Shown here one piece after another: positions 52,561 to 64,000 of a stretch of 64,000 bases of DNA. Both the position numbers and the translations under genes were made by a program. A model generated the notes under the pieces. That model saw only the letters and a program-made list of their open reading frames with translations, was not told the origin of the DNA and did not search any database. Position 1 is the first letter of the stretch. Each line of letters begins with the position of its first letter. The stretch is taken from NCBI GenBank assembly GCA_050575255.1, contig JBNZDD010013683.1, forward strand, positions 4,156,991 to 4,220,990, given 5' to 3'. The DNA is from Harriotta raleighana (Eukaryota).

Positions 52561-53514
52561 TGACATAGGATTGCGTTGCTTAACAAACCTAACGTGTGTC
52601 AGCCAGATTATAATGAGCTTGCACGCTTTCCTTACACACAAGCATACCACAACACGTGAAGAGACTTGAGTGCCCGGTCGAGGCAATACCTTTCGTGCGT
52701 ACACATTTGCATTTGTCGCAGCATAACCCGCTCCAGAGGAACGCAGGAGCCCAGAGTGTGAGACAGAATTATGAGGACCACACAGGCATACCTTCCCAAA
52801 GTGTCATCTTTCGAACCCACAGAGATAGATTCATTTCACACTGGCAGACAGGTAATGCACAGTGCGTGGCACTGATAAAAGGCATATATTGAATTTGAAT
52901 GCACAGTAACTGCTCCAGGGGATCAATTAGGTCGAACAAATGAAAAATCCAGCAGAGGATTACCATATCAGTTTCGCTCCTGCCAGCGATAAGTGCAGTA
53001 CTGCACAAGCAAAGTTAGCATTTAATTTTTAGCATTGCGCTGGTCATTTGAGCTGGATGAGTGTCGCATAAACAATCACAACACGCAAACAGGCATGAAT
53101 CCTCTCAGAGTAAAGCGACCGCTACGGTTTTCAGGCTTATGCCTTTCATCAACTTTTGAGTGGCATGAAAATTGCACGTGAGAATCCTCACTGTCTCGTC
53201 GTTGCCATGGCAATCCTTCTCCTTCCTCCTTGATGGTTTTCAAGAGCAAACACTGATCTCATCAAACCATTTCCTTTAGTTGCAAAACTCTCACACATCT
53301 GCTCCCACACTATATTAGTGATTGAAAGCACACCAGTGATATCGCCTTTGTTGTTATTGGCTGTCACTGCCGCATTCATGTCAATCTAAATCTTAAATGG
53401 GTACAAATATGATTTAGATGCAACAGCATTGGCAGTGAGGAGTGCACTGGGTCCACTGATGAAAACGTGTCAACACGGTCTCAGAATAAACTATTTCCAG
53501 GTGAATCAACAGGA

Positions 53515-53650
53515 TCATACATGAGGGAGAAGGCAATATGTGGTTATAGGAGCAAGGAATAGAGGGCTCACGTGAAGTATAAACACCAGCAAGGGCAATT
53601 TGGGCCGAGTGGTCTGTTTCTGTGCCATATCCCTCTGCGCAACTCTATAT
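53515..53650 (+). mobile_element. Old CR1 3' UTR fragment
   Basis: CATGAGGGAGAAGG...GGCTCACGTGAAGTATAAACACCAGC...TTGGGCCGAGTGGTCTGTTTCTGTGC. Confidence 0.65.
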
Positions 53651-55194
53651 AATGCTGTTTCTCCCTAATGCCTGAGTGACAGGCCCCAAAGATATTTCAA
53701 GGCTGATTGTCAAGATTGGTTCCGGTTTAATATTGAATAAGAGCCCACATAATACTTAGTCACTCCACTTCACAGTGTATTACGTGAAGCATTTTGAGAC
53801 ATCCTCCTGACGTGAAGGGTATCTGTACCAAACTGCATAGAAAGTACAGTACCCTATTATTAAAGTGGGTCGACATCATCACCTTTCACAGAGGTCAGGT
53901 GAAGTCAAAAGCCACAGTTTCTGTACAAGCTGGCCCAGACTTACTCCTCTTCTCATGAGGTCCTGGGAGATATGGAAAACATGATTTATCCAACATATCA
54001 GGCCTTTCAGCTACTGCAGAAACATAAGCATTTACAACATAGCATGACCCAACGTGCACTACCCAAAATGCACAACATCTATTTCCCAGTGTGACGCTCA
54101 AACGCCTGGAAGAAGCCAAGGACTTCCAGCTGGCGAGACAGAGAAAATTTATTCAACACATCTCAGTAGTTGGGATTCATGCCAGCAGATTAAGTGTTGA
54201 ACAACAATATATTCTCCTGGTAAACCTTCAGTACCACAGCTAAAACCAGAGATCTTCGTTATTTAAAATAGTAAAATTCTAATGTGGTATTATAACCCAA
54301 TATATGGTACAAAGGTTATCTATACAATACAGGCATCCGCACAAAGCTACAGCATATGTAACCTGAAACATGAAAGGTGGATTCTTTTGAGGTTTAATGA
54401 ACAGGATAAGATCAATGAATTTTGCTTCAAAATGAAATATATGGGAAACGGTCGAGAAAAGTGTCCACATGAGAAATGGGTAAGACCTTATGGAAGTCAG
54501 ACTCCATTGAAACCAAAGACAAAAACAAAAGCTGCACAATGGCATAAATAGAAATAGTTATGTCTTCCAATAAATGCAGCCAGCTATTAGTTATACTGTC
54601 TCTTTTGTATTAGGAATCTGTCAGCTTGGTGGAAAGCGAGGGTTCATTAATCATTTGGTCTTGTTGCCCAGCTGTGGCAAAAAAAAAACTTTCACAGTAC
54701 TCGCAAATTGAGGTGCATATCAAGCTTAAATACTGTCAAAGACAGTATTCATTTCACCCCTGAATCTTTTTTTTTCATATTCCTCAGCTGATTGTATTTT
54801 ATTAAACCAAACAATCAGCCAAGTTGCAATAAGTTAAACAAGTTAAAACAAATACTTAGAAACCAAAAGGGAATACATAGAGGGGACGTTTCATTTCAAA
54901 TGTGTCGACTAATTCTCAGCTTCAATGATTTCTGTTGACTGACTTACAAATGGAAATCGCAGTTTAGCATAATGATTGGCTGGCAATACAAGATACCAAT
55001 TAATGCTGCATAAATCAGAGGATGGGAGGCAAGCTGATAGCTCAGGGTTCACAAATTAAAACTGTAAGAATCTCCGTCAACCACAGATCAATTCTTTGAT
55101 CCCCTTTTGCAAGTGTCCCACACCTCTGTACTGAGGCAGGACACTTATTTCCCTTCCATAAAAGCTGGCAACAACCTTCTCTCCACCTAAGCTC

Positions 55195-55395
55195 CAAAAA
55201 AACCACAATAATAAAAATTGGTCATTTTCAATCCGCGGCTGTTTGTGGGGACACTGCTGTGCGCAACTGGCTGCCGCTTTCGCTCTCCCACAAATGTATA
55301 CAGTCAATTCACTTTTTGCACATATTCTGTGAAGCGCTTTGAGACGTAGATAAGATGTGAAAAGTGCAAATCATATGCAAGGTTTATTTTATTAC
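55195..55395 (+). mobile_element. SINE 3' two-thirds
   Basis: Matches 6640-6830. Confidence 0.9.
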
Positions 55396-55906
55396 TTCTC
55401 AGTTGTTGTGTAACGACCAACCATCACAGTTTGCATTAGATTAACTCACACTCTTATTTGCCTCCATGCTTCAGTGTCTAACTCTACTCAGAACCGCTCC
55501 TCGACAGGTCTGATTCATTCGTAAACATCCAATTCCTTAGCAAAGTCTACATCCTAAAAGGTGAAAACATGCAAACAACAGTAGTTAAATTCAAATAACT
55601 CTTATTCTTTGTACCGACACCCCTTGGTATGGAATTGAACTGTACAGACCCCTAGAGCCACAAGCCCTCATCTGACTTGACCCCAGCAACTGAAACAATA
55701 TTGGCCTTGGGGGAATCTACCGACCATGGGTGTCAGAATCTACACTGCTGTCTGGCAACCGGTGAGAGACAATGTCTACATGTGATCCAAGAATAGGGTA
55801 ATTCTCAGGTGTAGTCAAAAACTAGCCTGATAACACTGAGTTTAGAAGGAAGGAAAAGGAGGGGGGAAAGAAAAGCTAGTTCTAATCACCAACAAACTAA
55901 CACAGA

Positions 55907-56125
55907 TAATAATACTAATAATCCTTGCATTTGATGTTGCGCTTTTCACGGATTCTAGACGTCTGAAAGTGCTTCACAGAATATACTGTAAAGTGAATCG
56001 AGTGTACATTTGTTGGGGCCGAAACGCGGCAGCCAATTGCGCACAGNGTGTATATTTGTTGGGGCCGAAACGCGGCAGCCAATTGCGCACAGCAGCGTCC
56101 CACAAACAATCGTGCATTGAAATTT
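55907..56125 (-). mobile_element. SINE 3' half (contains an artefactual duplication at N56047)
   Basis: Matches 33030-33190. Confidence 0.88.
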
Positions 56126-56211
56126 GGACATTTAGTGTGGATAGAGCTGGGTCGAGTTTGGCTAAGATGCCTTTCAGGGTCTGAGAACTTCCTGGCAGGT
56201 CAATACATAAG

Positions 56212-56320
56212 TAATGTACAGTCAATTCACTTTCCAGTATATTCTGCAAAGTGATTTGAGACATCCCAAGAACATAAGGCGCTATATCAAAAGCAAGGAT
56301 TCTTATTAGTATTATTATTG
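56212..56320 (+). mobile_element. SINE 3' tail fragment
   Basis: TACAGTCAATTCACTTTCCAGTATATTCTG...TAAGGCGCTATATCAAAAGCAAGGATT. Confidence 0.85.
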
Positions 56321-57052
56321 TGAAGGAATGGTTACTTGGGGAGATTGGCAACCCACAAAGTGGTCTGACAACTTCACAGAAGGATGTTGAGAGGCAAAGG
56401 AATGAGGCATATAATTGAAGAAATCCTTTATTAAATATTTTTATGATGAGCAATGAAGTGCAATTTACAACAGCAAAAACGTACAACTCTCTAAGTGTCC
56501 CAAGACGCAAATGATCAAACAGATCTGCGAGAGAGAGTATGAAATATCAGTGATAAGAGTTTTATGGGTGGTGGTGGGGGGGAAATAGATTTCTCACAAA
56601 GCAATTGCAACATGAATTATTGTCTCTTTCCTCCTCTCAACTCCCCCTCGCTCCTTCAGAGACAGAAACAGCAGGAATTAGCAGTCGAGACAAAAACATT
56701 CCCTGAGGTATGCCACCTGCCCTCACATTACGCATCAGAGCAGCTGCACACAGACAGTTCTTGATATCGTACCATTCAGTTTACTGTCTTGGCCCCTTGG
56801 GAATGGCATTATCGGGACATTACCAGCCAAAAAAAGTGTGGACAAGGAAGAACTAGGGAAGCAAATAAAAAAAACATTGGCACAGCAGCTGGTCAGTGGG
56901 ACATGCCTTTTTGCCTCTAATCTTAGCCTGTGCAGTCACTGAGAGATGGTACAATTAGCATGACAAAAGTCAAGTCAATTGCATAATTGACAGCCATTCT
57001 GCGCAAATAGATTTAAGCAATGGTCAAACGTGTGTCTATCTGTGTGGTGGGT

Positions 57053-57078
57053 TGTGTGTGTGTGTGTGTGTGTGTGTG
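57053..57078. repeat. (TG)n microsatellite
   Basis: Directly visible. Confidence 0.95.
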
Positions 57079-57539
57079 GGTACATTGGGGTCCAGCAAAT
57101 GTGAGTAACATTTACACAGTGCACCAATAAAGTACTTTAGGCGTTTTTTGAAGTCAGGAATATTAGGGAGATCTACTAGATGAAGAAAACCGAAGTGGAG
57201 CTGAATAATCCCTTGTGCCTGACTGACTGAATGAACTGAGCGAAGGATGTTGCATCCTTTGAGACAAATAAATCTCCCGAAAGTGTCGGTCGATTCGGAT
57301 TTTGTTCTGTGGGGTGGTATTGATTGTGATGCTTCCAAAATAGTTCACTGCACTCTCAAAAAGTAGCAAAAGTAGCAACCGTTTCTTGTGAAATAAAAAT
57401 CTTCTCCAAACCCCAAAAGGCACAAAGACTTTCCTTCCAACAAGAGCGCAGTTCCACAGGCGCTGAGAGCCACTCGTCAAATGCTCATCGAGCATCCACT
57501 CTTCACACGCAACCTTTGACAATAAAATGTTCGCAGGCT

Positions 57540-57740
57540 TTCTGACGGCAGGAGCATCATGGCTGAGTTAAGTCCTGTCAACAACCTACTTCCACATGCC
57601 TCTCATCCAGCAGAGGTCTCTTGATAGAGATCAGGAACTGGGAATAAGAACTCATTTTTTTCCTTCCTAAACCTGAAGTGCTGAGTCGAACTGTAGCATT
57701 TCCCATGACTGCCCGGGTTGAAGCATGCTAACATGCAATA
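57540..57740 (-). mobile_element. Degenerate ancient SINE (UCON3-like)
   Basis: GCATCATGGCTGAGTTAAGTCCTGTC...CCAGCAGAGGTCTCTTGATAGAGATCAGGAAC...TTTTTTCCTTCCTAAACC resembles the reverse complement of the 457-770 element. Confidence 0.55.
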
Positions 57741-58529
57741 TACCACTGCCTAGTCCACCCGCCAATTGGTAAAGCTCGACAACAGCTCAGTTAGTTAGTT
57801 AGTACTGGACCTTACGTAAAGACATGGAAATAAATAATGATAATAATAAAGTAAGCTTTGCAACAACAATTTAGATTTATATGCCGTCCTCTATGCTGGG
57901 CAGTGTCTTGGAGCACATCCCAATAACGGATCCCGGGGCCAAGCTGTGGGGGGGGGGGGGTTTGGTGGGGGGGGGGGGGGGGGGGGGNGGGGGGAAAGGT
58001 GACCGAAAGCGCAGTCGAAAAGAAAGATCTTCAACCTTTACGTTGGGTGTAGCACCTTCCACGTTAGGACTGCTTCCCAATTTATACTGTAAAGTGCAGT
58101 GATTGTGTGCGTTTTGTGGGCAAACAAAATAGATATCAAATAACACTGAGGATTGGAAAACTGAGTAGCAATAAAAGAACGTTTATCACAGAATCAAATA
58201 CCTGTAATTTGCTCAACTGACCCCGAAGTATGAAGACCTCACAGCAGAAACCGTTTAGCAATGGTTACCTGCGACTGCGAGTGTTTTCATCTGCGGCTTC
58301 GGAAAAATCAATACCAGGTTATTGGATCAGTGTTCTTTACAGTCATCCTATCGTTCACATTTTACCCCCACTGACTACAATGTCAGCGCAATTCAGGATT
58401 ATGAATCTTTCTCCTTCTTGAGTTCTGCAAAGGCCAAATGATGCACCGATTTTTATAAAAATACATTGCATAGCAAGTGACTTTATTTTAATAGAAAAAA
58501 AATCTCCTGAAAATACTCTCAAAAATGAC

Positions 58530-58632
58530 AAATGCACAGTCAATTCACTTTACGGTATATTTTGTGAAGCGCTTTGAGACATCGCTAAGGTGTGAAAAGC
58601 GCTATATCAAATGCAAGGATTATTATTATTAT
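58530..58632 (+). mobile_element. SINE 3' tail fragment
   Basis: CAGTCAATTCACTTTACGG...GTGAAAAGCGCTATATCAAATGCAAGG(ATT)n. Confidence 0.9.
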
Positions 58633-60339
58633 GATGATGACAACAAAAGGAACNCGATGCCAACAAAAGGAACCGAAGAAACCCAGCGCTGAAACAAATA
58701 CCGTGAACAATAAGGTAAAAATAAACTGTTACACTTCNCAACAAAAGGAACCGAAGAAACCCAGTGCTGAAACAAATACCGTGAACAATAAGGTAAAAAT
58801 AAACTGTTACACTTCTTGAAAACGGGTGAAACGTTTCATGTTTTATTAAAAACGTTTGGGCATCACCTTCTGTTCAGCGAGGTGAGAGCTGAAACATGGC
58901 GTTGGCGCAGTGAACAGCCCAGGCAGCAAGCAAGCGCATTTGGAGCAATCGTGTCTGATGACTGAGACTGCACTGGCTTTGAGTGTCAGCAATCAATTAG
59001 CTTACAGAATTACAGAGAGATTCATCGGCTGACAGCCCTTTAGCCCGTTTAATCTCCGCTTTTGCAGGCGACAAGATCACACGGAAATTCCATAAGATTA
59101 AACTTGGTGAAATATGTCTTCATTTCCAGTGTTAAACAAAGTCGTCATGATAAAAAGGGGTTGGCTCCAAATATTTTAATTTGCCACCTTTTACTGCCAA
59201 AGTGAATGTCTAGCTTGTGTGCGGGAGGTCAGATTATTAGGAATCCGAAGCGAAGGTCGTGAGCTATCAGAAACATGTTTAATGGATCTAAATTTGACCT
59301 CTTCTTGATTACCTCAGATGCCTTTATATGTCACTCAAACATGCCCAGTGTAATAGTAGATTAGAAAGTAAATCCTTAAAAGAGTGTTCTTAAGCAAGAT
59401 ACTGAACTACATAATTAAGAACTAATATCCAATGATGCATTTAAGATAGTGATTCAATCCTGTAAATTTGTTGACATTCTATAAACCACTCCAGCTTCGC
59501 TCCCGTCATTTATCACATTGTTACCTAAGTGCTTGGCTGAGTTCCTGACAGCTGAGATCTGTTACCACCTCTTATTTTGTTACATTTGAGATTGAATAGG
59601 TCTTTGGCGCCTCTGATTTATAACCTACCCACGGTTTACGTTTCACCACGTGATAAGATACAGTAGATTTAATAAGATTGAAAACTTTGCTGCCTCCGTA
59701 GCAAAGTCCCTGCCCTGTTGGAGAAGCTGAGTGAGTGAAGCCAAAGCCACATGTGTACGGAGATTCAATGCATATTCAATGCATATCCAGCTTTAGAAGA
59801 ATAAAACATCTGGTGTTCAATTGCAAAGCACCATTCCCTGATACAGTTAAGCTACTTAAAACAAATCAATCCTCTGCCAACTAACTACAGTATGGATTAA
59901 TCGGGATTTTACAGATTATCACCAACATCTGAAGCTCTGTTAATACAAGTTACAAATTAAAATACCAATTCTGCTCATTTATTCTCTTCCCAAGGCCTCT
60001 TTTGCACGTCAATTTACCTCCACACCTGCTCTGTTCCACCTGAGATTCATTAAGAACAGAGGGTCTGGATTATGTACTTCTACCACAGCTGCAACTAATG
60101 CCATCCCATGTTTGTCAACAGATGTGCAATTGGATCCCTCCTGCCAAATGCTTTCACCTCTTCCCCTTGATAGTTTAATTCAGTTCTGCAACTTGTTCCA
60201 AATCCTTCGCCCTCCTCCCGAGTGAAATGCTCTATCTCACAACCCATTCAAGAACCGATGGCTCTCTCACAAGCTTCGGGTTGAAATTTCTCTGTTGGGA
60301 TGGGCCCTGTTGGATGGGCTGTGAATACAGCTGCCAACC

Positions 60340-60420
60340 ATGAAATTGGAACAACAGCAACTTTGCATTTGTACAGCGGCTTTCACATCCGGAGGACATT
60401 CCCTGATCCTGTGGAACACT
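60340..60420 (-). mobile_element. L2 3' tail fragment
   Basis: AACAACAGCAACTTTGCATTTGTACAGCGGCTTTCACATCCGGAGGACAT. Confidence 0.6.
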
Positions 60421-63400
60421 CCACCATCAGTAAAAAAAAAGTTATCACTTTGTTCATATGCATCATATCCACACAACAAAACACCATCCCGCTTGAAAGG
60501 CACGAGAGGAAGTTGTTGTTGTTAAAATGCAAAAGTCAAAACATGGAACAGTTTATCTCCCTTTCCTGGAGCCAGTTATCAACTCTAATTTGTTGGAATT
60601 GGTAATCTTGCCCTGAAGGCAACACTGGCTTTTTTCTGTCCATGATAGGCATAATGTAATATAAAGAGCATTAAAAAAAATTGTATTTAAACAACTGAGG
60701 AAGTCTGAATGACAGGCAATAGCCCTTTAACAAAGACAGAAGTCCTCAATAGTCAGACGTCTGCACAGTCCAGCTACAACTTCCATTTCATTTCATGCCT
60801 AGTTAATTCTGCTAATTTATTTTATTCTGCTGACATTTCACACTCATTAATCTACATCTTTCATTTCCACAAAACTTGATCTCAACATGAATTCGTTGAA
60901 AAACAGCCATTTCAGCACTAAATAGAAATACAATATGATTCAATAGGGATGCGGTATGACTTAAATTTTTTTTATAAGAATGTATGTATGCATTTTGCAT
61001 TCTGTACAACATGCACAAATGCCTGAACTAATTATGGCCTTTGCTCCGTAGGTACTCAATCTTCACAAACCTATTAGATGTCACACATTAAAATGAGCCC
61101 TAATGTAAAATTAATGTGGAAATTACAAATTTATGCGATATTGTATAACCTCTAAATGTTGGAATCAAAGTGTACACTGCTAAATTATGGTGATCCCTAA
61201 ATTATGGTAAATACATTTTTATATTAATAATATTACAAACAAATAGGTTTCATATTGCTTGCCCTTGCAGCGCTAAGGCACTGAACTGCTCTATAGTGAT
61301 GGACCTCATAACATCCTGAAAAGATAAAGAATGGATCTTATGGATATGAATTTATCAGGCGGTGACCTTTGGTTTCCATTGTTGCATTTCCAATTCTTTG
61401 TTCAGTTGTTTACTGTGCATGAAATGTCATCTATTGTACACTGGAAAAAAAAAAGCTTTAGGATCTCAAAAGCCACAATGACACTGGTGTTCTATTGTAT
61501 AGTATAGAACGGTCTTGAAGGCTATTAAGAGTCCTACAAAAAGTACCAGGTGTAAATCAGTCAGGCATCATCTTTGGTAAATTGGCATGAAATCTTGATG
61601 AGAGGCAACAAATTTAATTGGTGTTTTCAAAATGACCAGTGTAACCAAACGTGAACAACAGACTCCATTCAGCAGTGATATAATATTCCAAATAAATTAA
61701 ATCGGCCTATGACTAATGTCCTGTAGAGCCTCCAAACAAAACAGGCGTTTAATTCACCATTGCGAAGTAAAAAAATATATTGTTGATTGCAATCAGAGGG
61801 AAATTTCCCTGCATTATTGGCATAGATATGTAGCACTAAACATTCTGATTTGGAAATTCGTATCCACAGTGATGGGTTTCCATATCTCGGCTGACCAGTA
61901 AATATGGTATGAATCCCCAGGAGAATTTTACAACATTCTACTCACCAACAACAGGATTCACTTCAAGGCCATGTAAGAAATGTTCCATTTTGCAACAGAC
62001 TACACATTTCATTTAAAATGTTAAGAGTGGACGACATGTAGCTTTTTTATGCAGCGTTCACTTTTGCTCAGTGAAAGACAGTCTGAACCAAAGAGCAATG
62101 CTATAAATGAAGTAAATCGATGAAAACACAAAAGTTCTGAATGGAGTCTGTTGAGCAAAAGTTCTCCTTTTCCTTTCCCGCGACAAGAGAAACACATGGA
62201 GCACCCGGATTCTCCTCAGTTGGCATTGGCTGATAGTGTGGTTGGAATTATAACTCGAAGGGTAACTTCAAAATATTTTTTTAAGTACAGTACTCAAACG
62301 ATTGCCGACTATTAACTCAGAAACAATGGATACTATTTACCATTATGATACGCTTTATAAATTAACAAGCAAGACTTCACACAACCACTGAAACAGAGGC
62401 CAGAAAAAAAAAGGTTTCACATCAATTATTGTTTGACATCAAATTATGTACATCATCCCCTACCCCCAGCATTTTAAATGAAACATCAGTCTTTCTCAAA
62501 GTGACTACATTTCAAATAATGTATAAAACTCTTTGGTTCTTAAACAAATAGCATGAACAACAATACCAAGGTGTTGTCAAATTGTCTTGTCTAGTTTCCT
62601 GTCAAAGCAAGGACTTGGAATAAATTGCTTCTGGTACAATAAAAGCATCATCCAGCAATCTGTTTACAGCCTTACTCCCAGAGTCACATTCTCTTTACAG
62701 AATTGTTCCACACTAGAAAATCTATTCTACTTGATAAATGCCAATAAGTGAAATTATTGTGTCAAAAATCCATGTGCTTTAAGGATACATTCATTCTTCC
62801 ATTTGTACACACAAATTTTACCAATTGCTCTTTGCCTCTGTGTGGAGTTTTTTCCCCGTTGTTACCACCGTGTATTTGAGGTCTATTTGCTGGCCTGCTG
62901 AAGGCATCAGTTCTTGCTGGATTCGGTGTTGGAAACCTCACTTAAGTGGACATTCTTGAGATTGGGAACTCTGCCAAATGTAGCACTCCCAGCTTTCTCA
63001 CTTCTGAGCCCAGCTGAATCCACACAGATGGGGAAATCAAACATGCAATTTTTTTTTTTGAAATGTACAAGATACTGCCACACCCAGTAATGCCTTTAAG
63101 TGTTCTCCACTATTACAGTTCCTATTTCAATTATCTTGCAGTATTGGAGAATTATTAAGGAAGGAGTTATATCATTTTATTCCCCTTAAATAACAATCCA
63201 CCAAATCACAAAACAAAAGTTTAAGAAATGCTGAGCTATAACAGTAACCTCTGCACTAGTGGCACTCATGGTACAAGTTTACAAATAATGTACTGAACCA
63301 CTCAGTAGAAAGTGAACAGAAATCAAACGCATGTTTTTCTATTGTTGATAGTACCAATTTAGGAAGGTAATGATTTTTAAAATGGCTTTACGCAGTAATT

Positions 63401-63931
63401 CTGCTATCTGCGACCTTTCAAAAGCATCTGTTATAAATGGGGAGGGGGTAAACTGCAGTGTGAAGTGCTTTTATCAATTGGAAAGCAGTAAAACAATGTC
63501 GTGAACAGAGAAAAAGATGAACGGAAAAGTACAGTTAACATTTGTCGTACTAATGAAAACCATAAAGGGGATCAAATTAAAAATATTACTTTTTACTCAC
63601 GAGTTTTTGTTTCCTCCGAGGGATGACTGACTGAAGGAAAAGCCATTGAGGCTTCAATCAACAAGCTGTTTTTCTCTCAGCATATCCCCATCTGTCAAGC
63701 CTTAATTACAGTTCTCAACCATTGGTAAGTTATGGATATCCAACAGAGCAAATAGGGGAAGGGTCTGCAAACAGAGCTCAGATCCAATAAATACAGTCAT
63801 AATTATTTTTTTTACGCAACAGCATGAATTTCCCTTCCCTTCGTAAAAAAAAAACCTTCTCTTTTCCTGAAGGCAATGCTTCATGCTGCCTCAGAAAGTG
63901 TCAGCAAACAATCCGATTATTCGGATACAAT

Positions 63932-64000
63932 CATAATACAGTAATCCTTGCATTTGATAAAGCACCTGATCACATGTTGGAGGCTTCTGAAAGCGCATCA
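63932..64000 (-). mobile_element. SINE 3' tail, truncated by the window edge
   Basis: TAATCCTTGCATTTGATAAAGCACC...AAAGCGC. Confidence 0.75.

Noticed and set aside
55974-56510. 178-aa minus-strand ORF
   Set aside because: Largely SINE sequence plus an N-associated duplication.
57948-57994. Poly-G tract or G-quadruplex
   Set aside because: Homopolymer containing an N, so length and sequence are unreliable.
58640-58817. Direct repeats resembling a CRISPR or tandem array
   Set aside because: Copies abut single Ns, lack unique spacers and occur in vertebrate DNA, consistent with an assembly overlap artefact.
1-64000. Prokaryotic or viral system (operon, CRISPR, defence island, endogenous virus)
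   Set aside because: No long gap-free ORFs or operon-like gene density; the content is ordinary vertebrate non-coding DNA with retroelements.

Overview
Eukaryotic, AT-rich vertebrate genomic DNA. The repeat content points to a cartilaginous fish, most likely a chimaera (inferred from recalled repeat families, not searched). It includes tRNA-headed SINEs with a DeuSINE-type body and L2-type tail, L2 and CR1 LINE fragments, an ancient UCON3-like SINE and a palindromic shark-type repeat. No recognisable protein-coding gene, rRNA, true tRNA or CRISPR array is present, and the window reads as a long intron or intergenic region. The only recognisable protein sequence is decayed LINE ORF2. Most listed ORFs are chance ORFs, repeat-derived or N-spanning. 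The draft assembly has one 425-nt gap and many single-N joins flanked by duplicated, slightly divergent sequence. The best leads are (i) a frame-compatible two-exon candidate on the minus strand (18089-17904 spliced to 17386-17211), (ii) a near-perfect 43-bp-arm hairpin just beyond its stop codon, and (iii) nested or rearranged SINE/LINE structures. I found no convincing evidence of a new multi-gene biological system. Repeat boundaries are approximate.
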